Source of the DNA: Phoronis australis
Taxonomy: Eukaryota; Animalia; Phoronida
Reading direction: 5' to 3'
DNA: 64,000 nucleotides
Assembly: GCA_002633005.1 (NCBI GenBank)
Contig: NMRA01000056.1
Location: 691,165 to 755,164 of the forward strand
Shown: in pieces, positions 1 through 11,290 of the stretch
How the letters are laid out: each line of letters begins with the position of its first letter
Position numbering within the stretch: position 1 is the first letter of the stretch
Notes under the pieces: generated by a model
The model's input: only the letters and a program-made list of their open reading frames with translations
Database searches by the model: none
Told to the model about the DNA's origin: nothing
Position numbers and translations under genes: made by a program

Positions 1-211
1 TACCACGGGCGAGTGAAGTTTCAGTTTTCATTTTCTCGTAAAAGATATGTAGTACCAAATAAATACTTTAATGTACCATCTATAGCTGCCACTGGATATT
101 GAATCATTTTGCACATTCGCAAACAGCTTTGAAAATCGAACTCGGATCAATTTTCACAGTTATTTCTGTCAGAAACTGGCGTGCCTTACTGTAATATATA
201 GTGTAACTTAC

Positions 212-353
212 AATCAACACTAAGTTGTTCGGCAGGATCAAAAGGACCTGGGGAACCATCACAGTTATAACAACAACGGATGTATTTCAGGTCTTCCGCC
301 ACCGAAACATTATGGAGTGTTATGTACGCAACGGACGAGTTCTGCCAGACTGC
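212..353 (-). CDS. Gene 1 coding exon 3: C-terminal half of Ig-like domain (AVWQNSSVAYITLHNVSVAEDLKYIRCCYNCDGSPGPFDPAEQLSVD); gene continues beyond window start
   Basis: Minus strand acceptor ...gtcattacag|GCA and donor GATT|gtaagt. 142 nt, phase 0 in, phase 1 out, open frame matching the upstream exon. NSS/NVS sequons and a B/E/F-strand-like pattern. Not in the ORF track. Confidence 0.85.
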
Positions 354-730
354 CTGTAATGACATCAGTGAAGAACACGATAAAGAGAAGATAAAACAAT
401 TGAATGGCTAACAAAAAATCCAATTAGCGACATAGAAATATAAATCAGGACTGGTATTTTTCTCAACTCAAAAACGGCAAAAACAACAACTTTATATGAG
501 AACTTTCAGTGTCCTAAAACTAGGATACAGTCAGAAATTAATGAATTTTCGCTGTTCATGCTATGTGTGGGCGCTGCCAGGGAGCCATTAAGATAGACCA
601 AATGGATGTTTACGAGACAGCTAGCAACTAGTAGACATTGAAGAGACGTGAACACGATAAAATCAATCTTGGCGTGAACAAAGATGACAATTGTTCCGAG
701 AGATTCATGTTTTGTTGGTAAGAATGAATT

Positions 731-1038
731 CAGGGTCATCTGTGCCTTCTGAGATGGGAATTTTTTCATGCGAGAGGGAAATTCTAACTCCCGATCACCA
801 TCAATAGCACCCTCGCCCTGTTGCAACTCTCATAGGCTCTGCCAAAACTATGATTTTTTTGCTCTTTCAAATTGTCATCTGCATGGGTTACAAATGATTC
901 GAACCTCAAGGGGAAATTTTCAATCACTTGAAGGGAATTTTTGGGCCTTGTGAGGGGAATTTCTCGTGATTATTCAATATTTTTCAGAGAAAATAGGGTC
1001 GACATTCGGCCCCAAAAATCGAGGGATTGAGGGTCCTG
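731..1038. mobile_element. Degenerate MITE with CAGG termini and near 5-bp TSD (hAT5-like); related fragment at ~14593-14760
   Basis: cagggtcatc...gagggtcctg, flanked by gaatt/gagtt, with repeated GGGAA(A)TTTT motifs. Confidence 0.45.
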
Positions 1039-1078
1039 GAGTTAAAGGTATGCACCTGTAGTTAAAGGTATACACCTG
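1039..1078. repeat. 20-bp tandem duplication
   Basis: (g/t)agttaaaggtat(g/a)cacctg x2. Confidence 0.8.
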
Positions 1079-1501
1079 GACTTTTCCATACAACAAGTTC
1101 CTATGTTCATTAAACTTGGAAAGGGATCAAAACGTATCGCGTCCACTCACATATATCGGGGGGGAATTCAGTCACAGACAATACTACCGTTTGTAACAAA
1201 CAGACATGACGAACACAGGCACTTGTTGATAAGTTCACCATTATCCAACGGTCAGTTACGGGGACAAATGGACTACCTAATACACTATAGCACACAGTGT
1301 CTACGATTGAAGTCACAGGATGAGTAAAGAGCCTCTATTCAATGCATGCTTGAGGTTGTCAGTCGTCTGTTAAATAAAACCTCAAATCATAATATTTAAC
1401 ATTGAGAGAGTATACCTTCAAAACTAAAGAATTACCATTTGTCTGAACATTTCACAAATATCTGCCATTCGGTACTGCTGTCTGAAAGAACAAATACATA
1501 C

Positions 1502-1656
1502 CCCTGCAGGAAGAGGCTTGTACTCGTAGTGGATGCGAAATGGCTTGTCTGATTTTGGTCGACAGCTGCTCTCCTCACCCACTGGAATATTGACAGCACA
1601 TGTCAGCCGTAGATCCTCCCCCTGAACCACTTGCGGATCATCGGGCACCAAGGTTA
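1502..1656 (-). CDS. Gene 1 coding exon 2: N-terminal half of Ig-like domain ((I)TLVPDDPQVVQGEDLRLTCAVNIPVGEESSCRPKSDKPFRIHYEYKPLPAG)
   Basis: Acceptor tttgtcattcattccag|TA and donor GGG|gtatgt. 155 nt, phase 1 in, phase 0 out. 'P.V..GEDLRLTC' is a typical Ig A'/B strand motif. Confidence 0.88.
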
Positions 1657-1789
1657 CTGGAATGAATGACAAATACATGCAGGAGATTACAGGTGGCGCT
1701 ATTTTTGTGAACACACATTTACACCGCTCCTACTAAAATACATACAAATCAAAAAACAAGAACCCCTTTAGCATATTGAACAACAGACC

Positions 1790-1914
1790 CATAGGTGGAT
1801 CCAGGCGGCATTTGTCTAGTTGAACAGCCCCCAACAAAGGAATAATGCCATACCATAAAATACACAATTCCCAGCACAGGAGCATACCCTTTTTTACAAC
1901 CTGGATCCATCTAA
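1790..1914. mobile_element. Degenerate short MITE (GGCGGATCCAGG family, cf. 52184-52340)
   Basis: taggtggatccagg ... cctggatccatcta inverted ends. Confidence 0.45.
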
Positions 1915-2608
1915 CAGGCCAGTATCAACTACTTAAGAGCTTTCCTATGAAGGCGTTCAAGGACATTGTCCACGCCAGCCTTTGACTTGAGAAGACCGGT
2001 AGCTCAACATCGAACACCTGCAGTCACGGTAACACAAGCAAGTATGGTATGCCACAATTTAGTAAGCCTAATCTCCGTGTTCTTGAAACAACCGAAAAGA
2101 ATAGGGCTCTGTTGTCCCCATTTTCTGACAAGTCTCTGAGCCTCAAATTTAAATGATCGTACTAAACCTGGATTTTGTACGCTAGACACCAGATGGCATT
2201 AGTAACAAGACAGTGTTTTCTAATCACCAGAACAAACACTGAAATGCACTTTCTTGGCACTCACCCAATTACTAGACAATCAAACATCAAGGGTGCCATG
2301 TTTTCGTTTTCAAGCGAAAATACAACCCCACTATAAGATATACAAGGACATGCAGTATTACTATATGAATACAAGAGAAAATATAATATTCTCAGAAAGT
2401 TTTACCCTCCTGTGTTTGTTCTATTGAAATGTGGCCTTACTAGAGGTCTTTTAGTGTAATATGTGTACCCAAGGGTATTTGTGTATGCTGAAAAATTAAC
2501 AGCATTAATGGGAGTGCCCCCTAGAGAAACTTTCAAAGCAGGCAGGTGACCAGTATTAAAACGAACTGTCTGAACAAAAAAAGCATGCATGCTTGTGTTT
2601 GTGTGTGC

Positions 2609-3897
2609 GACTTGGGTCATGTCAATCAACAACAAATCGTGGCCGACTGAATAAAATCCTCACTTGGGACAATTACCCTGTCTAATTATTATTCTGGTAA
2701 CATGACTGATACGTAAAGAAAACAAAATGAACAGATGCACATGCACACATCAAGACTTGAGTACAGAGTGAATCACTAGTCGTCATTACTTCGTCAGCAA
2801 GTGACAACACCCGAAGCACAAACATGCGTCAGGGTCTCCAAGGGTCCAAGTTACAACAAAAGAGACTTGGTCACACTCCATGGTCTTAGGAGACCCTCAG
2901 TGATGGCAGGTGTGTGATGACTACACTAAGAATGGGGAACAAGGTATATAACCTCGTCTTCCCCAACAATTTACGGAATTTGACTTCTTTCAAGTAATAA
3001 GAGATTTCGAATTGAATTAAAATATTTCAGTAAAAGATGCCTTAGTTTTAACGCTTTTGTTCTTTGCAACCAAAAATTAATACAATCCATCAACTTTGAC
3101 AAACCACAATACTCCAACACACAAAACTAGTTCGTAGTTAACTAGAACAGAAAATGTCAAAAATAATTTTGAGTTTGATTTCGGGCCATTATCTCCAAAC
3201 TCAGATTCGAAACTTGACCAGTCTGGTCACATGATTTGAGTACAAAGCTGCAAGTTTACTAGAGGCGTGCTATGCAACTGGTCAACAACCAGTCAAGTTT
3301 CGAACTCAAAGATTAGTACCCGGGCCCAGTTATTACAAAGAAATCAATTTACCCGAAAGTTGACAAGCTAGAAACAACATTTTGGATGTAAACAGGGTGA
3401 TTCTCCCGAAACAGGTCCCAAACTTCTGAAATATTTTCTACTCAAGCTAGGGACCCAAAACTTCACATAAACCTATGCGAACAAATGGTGCAAAAACATT
3501 ATTCAATGCCCCGTATCAGCGTTTTTTAAAGCAGTCTGTCAATTTCGATGCTGATGAAGGACATTCCCAGCACCCACCATAAAAGTGCTTGAATTCACAG
3601 TAGTAAGATCTTGCCTCAATTAGACTACCATGTCAGCTCAACTAAGCCATCTTTACAGACACTATTTCACATCTTCTCGTGCTTCACTGGGCTAAATGCA
3701 ACAACCATTGGGAAAACCGCAGGGACGTTGCCAGAAATGCTAGCAAAACACTCAACATCAGCATAAGCTCAATACATGAAACCAACAGCCAGTAAAATCT
3801 AAGGTTCCTGTCTCTATTGGACAGTGTTGAGAATGGTCACATTGTCTACAAAATTTTGTTTGACGAAGTTACGGCGTATTAATTGGAAACGTTGAAG
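2609..3897. repeat. Copy 1 of a near-identical 1.29-kb direct duplication (probably one haplotype)
   Basis: Same sequence restarts at 3899 directly after a single N at 3898. Confidence 0.9.
3183..3327. mobile_element. Small hairpin-type MITE remnant (also at ~5029-5173)
   Basis: gggcc...gggccc ends and internal inverted repeat ttcgaaacttgac / gtcaagtttcgaa. Confidence 0.45.
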
Positions 3898-3898
3898 N

Positions 3899-5743
3899 GA
3901 CTTGGGTCATGTCAATCAACAACAAATCGTGGCCGACTGAATAAAGTCCTCACTTGGGACAATTACCCTGTCTAATTATTATTCTGGCAACATGACTGAT
4001 ACGTAAAGAAAACAAAATTAACAGACGCACATGCACACATCAAGACTTGAGTACAGAGTGAATCACTAGTCGTCATTACTTTGTCAGCAAGTGACAACAC
4101 CCGAAGCACAAACGTGCGTCAGGGTTTCTAAGGGTCCAAGTTACAACAAAAGAGACTTGGTCACACCCCATGGTCTTAGGAGACCCTCAGTGTTGGCAGG
4201 TGTGTGATGACGACACTTAGAATGGGGAACAAGGTATATAACCTCGTCTTCCTCAACAATTTACGGAATTTGACTTCTTTCAAGTAATAAGAGATTTCGA
4301 ATTGAATTAAATATTTCAGTAAAAGATACCTTAGTTTTAACGCTTTTGTTCTTTGCAACCAAAAATTAATACAATCCATCAAATTTGACAATTGTGGTCA
4401 CAAACCGATTAACGTGTTCAAGTAGTTGTTCATTATGTTTTAGGTGGCGTTGCTCTTTTCCAAATCGGGACACGTTAATCACTACACATGCACCAAATTC
4501 TGATGAAAAACAACCAGCCATGTGTCTAGGGTGGATACTCACTGCGTTGATTAACATCAGTTAATGTATTAAACGTATAAATACAATTCGTCCCCATGGA
4601 ACCCATCCATCACAACCAAGGACCACGGCTAAAGCTGGGATCTAATCTTTGTGCTCGAAATCCCCGGGATCTAATCTTTGCGCTCGAAATAGAACTCAAA
4701 TTTTTTTTGATATTTGGGTTCTATTTTTTGAGCGAATTCAAAATATGTGCTAAACGTACATTTAATGGTTGACGTAGCAACTGTTTATTCCTAGATTGTA
4801 CTTGATGACCTCAAAATTAAAGGTATAAGTTCGAGTCTGAAGTTGAAATTCCTAATTGTTACTCGAAGTCTCGATTATTCACTGTAGCGTGTAGCTTGAA
4901 TCTAGGAGTCGTCAAGTGCGAACCTGGATAAGGCACTCGCCTGGAAAAACCACAATACTCCAACACACAAAACTAGTTTGTAGTTAACTAGAACAGAAAA
5001 TGTCAAAAATAATTTTGAGTTTGATTTCGGGCCATTATCTCCAAACTCAGATTCGAAACTTGACCAGTCTGGTCACATGATTTGAGAACAAAGCTGCAAG
5101 TTTACTAGAGGCGTGCTATGCAACTGGTCAATAACCAGTCAAGTTTCGAACACAAAGATTAGTACCCGGGCCCAGTTATTACAAAGAAATCAATTTACCC
5201 GAAAGTTGACAAGCTAGAAACAACATTTTGGATGTAAACAGGGTGATTCTCCCGAAACAGGTCGCAAACTTCTGCAATATTTTCTACTCAAGCTAGGGAC
5301 CCAAAACTTCACATAAACCTATGCGAACAAATGCTGCAAAAACATTATTCAATGCCCCGTATCAGCATTTTTTAAAGCAGTCTGTCAATTTCGATGCTGA
5401 TGAAGGACATTCCCAGCACCCACCATAAAAGTGCTTGAATTCACAGTAGTAAGATCTTGCCTCAATTAGACTACCATGTCAGCTCAACTAAGCCATCTTT
5501 ACAGACACTATTTCACATCTTCTCGTGCTTCACTGGGCTAAATGCAACAACCATTGGGAAAACCACAGGGACATTGCCAGAAATGCTAGCAAAACACTCA
5601 ACATCAGCATAAGCTCAATACATGAAACCAACAGCCAGTAAAATCTAAGGTTCCTGTCTCTATTGGACAGTGTTGAGAATGGTCACATTGTCTACAAAAT
5701 TTTGTTTGACGAAGTTACGGCGTATTAATTGGAAACGTTGAAG
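3899..5743. repeat. Copy 2 of the duplication, with an extra ~556-bp segment (~4392-4947)
   Basis: Collinear with 2609-3897 apart from scattered SNPs and the large indel. Confidence 0.9.
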
Positions 5744-6187
5744 CAAGACAATGGAACTACTTTCACTAAGACAAGAATATATTCATAGTCTCTACTGCAT
5801 CCCACACTAGTGAGAAATTACTAACCAAGCTTTGTTGGAAAATGACACCAATAGTAATTTACAAAAAAACTGAAAACCTGGGGGGACTTCTATAGACGCA
5901 AGACACCTGTGAGTGTGACGCGTTCACACAAGATCACGGGAGTAAAAGCCAAGTGTTTCGAGAGTGAACTCAAGACATTAACTGGCCTACAGACCAGCAG
6001 AATGGCAGATGGTGACACCTCAGAGATGGTGGAATGTTGAATACCACGCTGGATAAAATTCGCTGTCTCCGTTCCATAAGCCAAGATTTCCCATCACGAG
6101 TGGCTCAGGACAGACTTGCGTTTTAGTGGAATGCATCCTTGAGCATATCTATGCAAATGCAAAGAAAATCGTAAAAAAGAAACTTAC

Positions 6188-6269
6188 TGCCACAGCTCCT
6201 GAAAAAGGTGTCGACACGTGTTGCTGCAAACACCAGTAGAAACACGATAGTGAACGGCTTTAAATCCAT
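6188..6269 (-). CDS. Gene 1 first coding exon: signal peptide MDLKPFTIVFLLVFAATRVDTFFRSCG (whole exon 6188-6297 including 28 nt of 5'UTR)
   Basis: Acceptor ggctttttgtatctttgcag|, Kozak gccATGg at 6269, hydrophobic core, donor A|gtaagt. Phase 1 joins exon 1502-1656 in frame (A+TA = Ile). Confidence 0.85.
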
Positions 6270-9200
6270 GGCGACAAAATGGGTAGCCTCACGACAACTG
6301 CAAAGATACAAAAAGCCAATTTTATTAAAAATAATCATCCCAACACAATTCCTTATACAACAGTAGCTGTCTCGCGGCTAGAAAATTCTAGCTAAAACCT
6401 CGTGTTCTCATTCAAAATACACGCAATATCTCGCGTAGTCTTGCTTTGTTAGCGAGGACCTAGAATAATTGAACTCTAGTCAGGTGTTTGCGAATTAAAA
6501 ACACAGATGGTGACAATAAATGAAACCAATTGTATAATCGATAAAGGAGAAATTTCACTGGCTGATTGGTAAAGATTGGCTAAGCTTTGAAACGTCAGTT
6601 ACTAAATGGAAAGGGGCTACGTGAAGACTTATCAAAGGACACACAAGCATCTAAAGAGAACAACCTGCTGCAATTACTGAGAAATCAAGCCACTTAAGGT
6701 GTTTGCAATTAGTGTTACTAGAGAAAAACATCGAACCGAAATAGATTCCAGTAAAATTGATTCTGTGATCTTGCTAAAAATAACGAAAATTCAAGTAAAT
6801 GAGACAGTTTCCTCTGACGCATGTAATGATCGTCTGATATTGCAGACAATTTTAAAAAGTCAAATAAACATTGAGAAGTCACGTCTGCCACACACAAAAC
6901 TTTGTCCGGTAGTATAGGACAGTGTCACCTATTGGTTTGATTCAGAATTATCGCCTATCCTAGTGAACAACCTTGCCAGTGCTCCGCGACACTGTAACTC
7001 ACAACCAATTCAGAGCTTTTACCAGTAATCGATTCCCACCATTACTCGTAACACGAGAGTTAAGCCAGGTCAAAAACTGGTTCTGAGATGAACAGCAAAA
7101 TGCATACACACTGAAAGACGGATGTGGAAAAACACCAGCTCAGTCTCCTCGAACAATTTACTACAAAATCTTATCTGGCTCCTCCAATGATTACAAAAAT
7201 TCCCTCATGGTTATAATCACTTCTGAAACATTAGTTTTGGATACTTGGGGCTTTGCCAGTAGTGGTGACCGCAGGGTGGAAATTAGGTGCTGCCCGAGGA
7301 TTTTTTCCCTAAACCAAAACGCCTCTCTCAGGAGGCACAAGCACCTTTCCCTTCAGGTGAGCGAAGGCCCTGCATGTTCACGTTCTCTACCGCAGCAACA
7401 CACTGAAAACTTATGGGCATTCATAACAAAGATAGGAACACTTGAAAAATTAAAAATGGGCAAATTTAGCAACTATTTTAGTCCACAACTGGCCAGATTT
7501 TATCGTACTGTAATCTGCCTTGCACCGTTAATCTAGGGCAAATCTCACCAATGCAAGACACGGTATGGCGGACAAGTGAAATATTATGTTTCCACTTTTT
7601 CATAAAAGCTCAGTACCACCAAATTTACATGCTTTATGATTATTTTCAAGTTCCATACCATCAGCCATGTTTTGAGAAATTACATGCATTCAAACCTAAG
7701 TAAGAAGCTTTTGAAACATGAAAAAGTTAATTTCTGCGTTTTTGTCAGAAATTTCGAGATTTTTTCGTAACTGGAGTTTCCCTGTAAATGGAGCCCCTTG
7801 AATGGTTCCACGACACCAGCAGCTTAATCTAAGTATGACAATTCCTCACACATTTTTAAACACACAATATGATGAACAATTTATCTCATTGAATTTCGCA
7901 ACAAGAATAAATATTGACAAATTTTAGTCTTATCGGTTTGGTTTGCGCTGTGTAGATGTCACAACACAACCTTCAACAAGCTTCCAGTATTCCTAGCATG
8001 GGAAAAATAAGAAATATTGCAATTTCAGCAATTATCTTTATGCAAAATTAGAGAAGATTTACCACAACTTGTTCAAGAATCCAATAGGTGCTTATTTGAT
8101 GCAACGTTGAGAGACGACGCTAACAACCCACTGATTCAAACCAAAGAATAGCAATGAAAGCAACAGCTGGTTTTATACAGGAATGCCGGACCTAAGGAAA
8201 AATGTATTTGACTTAATTTACGGAGAACACTTCACTTCTTCTAGTATCTGGGTCTAGTATTGAACAGGTGACCTGACAATGAGCCCAAGACAATTAGAGG
8301 TTGCTGCATTGTGATTACCCGCTTACTAAAGTACATATGTACCAACTGAACCTGTTTTTTCAGCCATTGCTGAATTCACACAAAAAGCAGCTTAGTGCGA
8401 TTGGAACAAAAGCATTAATTAAATAAAAAACATTTCAGGGTTTCCAGCACCTGTTAATCTTCTACGACTCAGGCCAAAATAACTCAGTACAGTCTCTCCC
8501 TTTCTTACCAACATGCGTTGCTGTTTACAAAAGAAATTAGAAACTTTTTTCTTTCCAGGTGACAGACAAAGAGCCAATACATCACATTACAAGCACATAT
8601 GCCACCATTTTTTACCATTCTAATGCTTTGAATGCTTTCGAAAGGGAACGTTTTTATAAGTACTAATGACTAAATTAAGTTTAAGAGTTTTGCCTAATAC
8701 TGCACAACTGAACCAGACACTGGGGCATTTTTGGAGTGTCCCATGGCACTAGCAGGAGTTTAGGTTGTGGGATAAGCAATAAATGGGTCAGTGATTGATT
8801 GTGATGGGCTGAGGAAAATATCCACTCCCATTCCCCCTCTCGTGATGTCATCAATCTATGAAATACTAACACCGAAAAATCCGCGCAAACTCAACTCTTT
8901 GCATTCTGGTTTTAGGGCTTTCGGAGGTAGAAATTACTTCCTCAGTCAGTAAAAGACCAAAGTGAAACCATGAGCGGATTTCACTATTTACTTTATGCTT
9001 TTGCCCCACACCGGGGCTTTGTCTTCCATCAAAATATAACGACAGCCTGTTCTGATCTCTTGGGACAATTTTCGCAATGAAAACTCATATCCAACTGCTT
9101 TGAAAAAACTTCAGTTAAAGACATGAAGAATTTTTAGAATTGCCAGTTTACAAATTTCTATATCTCACTAAATTTTACAATACGCCGTTTGATGACAAAT

Positions 9201-10074
9201 ACAACACATAAGCTATGTTAGCAAATGAATTGTCATTTTCGTAAAAGTCATGCGTCCTTCAAAAATTAACAGAGTGAGCATTCACTTATTGGTAAACAAG
9301 TTCTACTGCGACGCACAATTTCTTAACAAATATCCTTGAACTTCATTCACCAGTAGCGACCAGTAGAGACCAGAAGCAACCTAAAACAACTCAGAAAGTT
9401 TAAGTACCAAGTGCTATTGAACATGACCTGATCATCAACATTAATTTCAAGGAACCTCTTAATCTAGCCCAACCTGCTATCCTTGACACCAATTCAAATT
9501 TCCTGCCTGGTAACCAAAATCCATATCTGATCACTGAGAAAAACAGGACTTAAGACTAAACTAAACCAAACAAGGTTATGTTCAGAAATAATGTTGAAAA
9601 AAAACCAGTAGAAACACATAAGAGCTCTAACGCTGACCAGTATTCTTGAAACATGTCCACGTCAAAGGTTTAGCAAAGTACAAATAACAAAACTTTCTTC
9701 AAACACCTTGTTCTCTCGAAACCTGACTGTCCACTTCAAAGATTTGGAAAAGTGCAAATAACGAACATCTCCATTTTCGAAATCGCAATTTTGGGATAGG
9801 CCAATCCCAATAAACTCTGAAGACATTCCTAGAGTCACTGATGGGTTTCCATGGTAACAGTTAGGACTATTAGGAGATTAATTTTATCAAAGTAAAACTA
9901 ATAAGATTGTTTCAGTTAGCTAAAGAAAGTGATATGCAGTATTTACAGTGGAGAGTACCACATTGGTAGTAGCACAGACAAAAATCGAACAAGAACAACG
10001 CGGAGCATTGAAATGTGCCCACAAATGCACAGGAAATGGTGTGCTTCTAGAGTTGTTTATTTGTTTCATAAAAA

Positions 10075-10980
10075 TAGCCACTAGATGGCGCAAAAACATT
10101 CAATACATCTGAAAATGTCTGTTGTTAGCTTCATATAAATACAGTTTTTACTAAATTCAATAAAGATCCTGCAGTGTGCTTAGGAGATACAGCTATGGGC
10201 GCAAAACAAAACAAAACTACCAATAGGAGGCGCCACAGTAGTCGAATTTGTTATTGTCAACCGTACTCTTCACACTGAGAACATATACGCCAATTTTCAA
10301 AACCATCCTTAGAATGGTTTGATTGATCGAGGGGTGGACGCCAAAAATAAGATTTGAAAACAGCAAAAAATGGCCACTAGGTGGCGCACAATACCTCGAT
10401 TCCATCTGAAAACGGGAGGATAACATTATCTCACCAATAGATATCTATATTCCAAATTTTCTGAAAATCCATTGAGGACCTTTGAAGATACAGAGGTAAA
10501 CCTAAGAAACTAAAATTGCCACTAGGGGGCACACCGGTGGTCAAATAAATCCGAAAGTCATTGTCATTCGTTGTCAACATCATATAAATATATTTCCTAA
10601 ATTTAGAAAAGATCCTGTTAACGGTTTAGGAAATACAGCCATGGGCACAAAAAAAAACTGCCACTAGGAGGCACAACAGTAGTCAAAGCCATCAGAAAAT
10701 CCTCAGCAACCGTCCTCTTCATAATAAGAACATACATACCAATTTTCACAATCATCGTTAGAGTGGTTTGGTTGATAGAGGGGTGGACGCTAAAAAAAGG
10801 CTCGAAAATGGTAAAAATGGCCACTAGATGGTGCAAAATACCTCGAATCCACCTGAAAACCTAAAGATAGCATCACCTCATTAATAGATGTCTATGAGCC
10901 AAATTTCATGAAAATCGGTTGAGGACCTTTGGAAATACAGAGGCAAGTGTAAAAAACAAAAATTGCCACTAGGGGACATA
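10075..10980 (+). promoter_or_regulatory. Array of 7 CTCF-consensus-like motifs inside HINE copy 1
   Basis: CCA(C/A)TAGRNGRYRC cores at 10078, 10220, 10374, 10519, 10661, 10821, 10966 (spacing 142-160). Binding is not shown. Confidence 0.55.
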
Positions 10981-11124
10981 GCGGTATTCACGTTGGTCCG
11001 AAACTCGTCGCCCTCTGTCGTCAACCCCACAGGAACACACCTGCCAAATTTCAATAAGATCCTGCAAGGGGTTTAAGAGATACAGCCGCAGACGCCAGGA
11101 CGCCCAGACTGAGATGACGGCAAT

Positions 11125-11290
11125 ATGCACCCACATATAAATATGTGGGCGCATAAATATGTACCCACATATAAACATGTGGGCGCATAAATATGTACCC
11201 ACATATAAACATGTGGGCGCATAAATATGTACCCACATATAAACATGTGGGCGCATCAATATGCACCCACATATAAATATGTGGGCGCAT
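11125..11290. repeat. 34-bp palindromic minisatellite, 5 units (amplified HINE terminal hairpin)
   Basis: atg(c/t)acccacatataaa(t/c)atgtgggcgcataaat starting at 11125, 11159, 11193, 11227 and 11261. Confidence 0.95.

Noticed and set aside
1110-1370. Possible extra exon of gene 1 (gtgagt donor near 1149)
   Set aside because: The good acceptor near 1367 gives stops in all frames, and exon 1502-1656 joins 212-353 cleanly without it.
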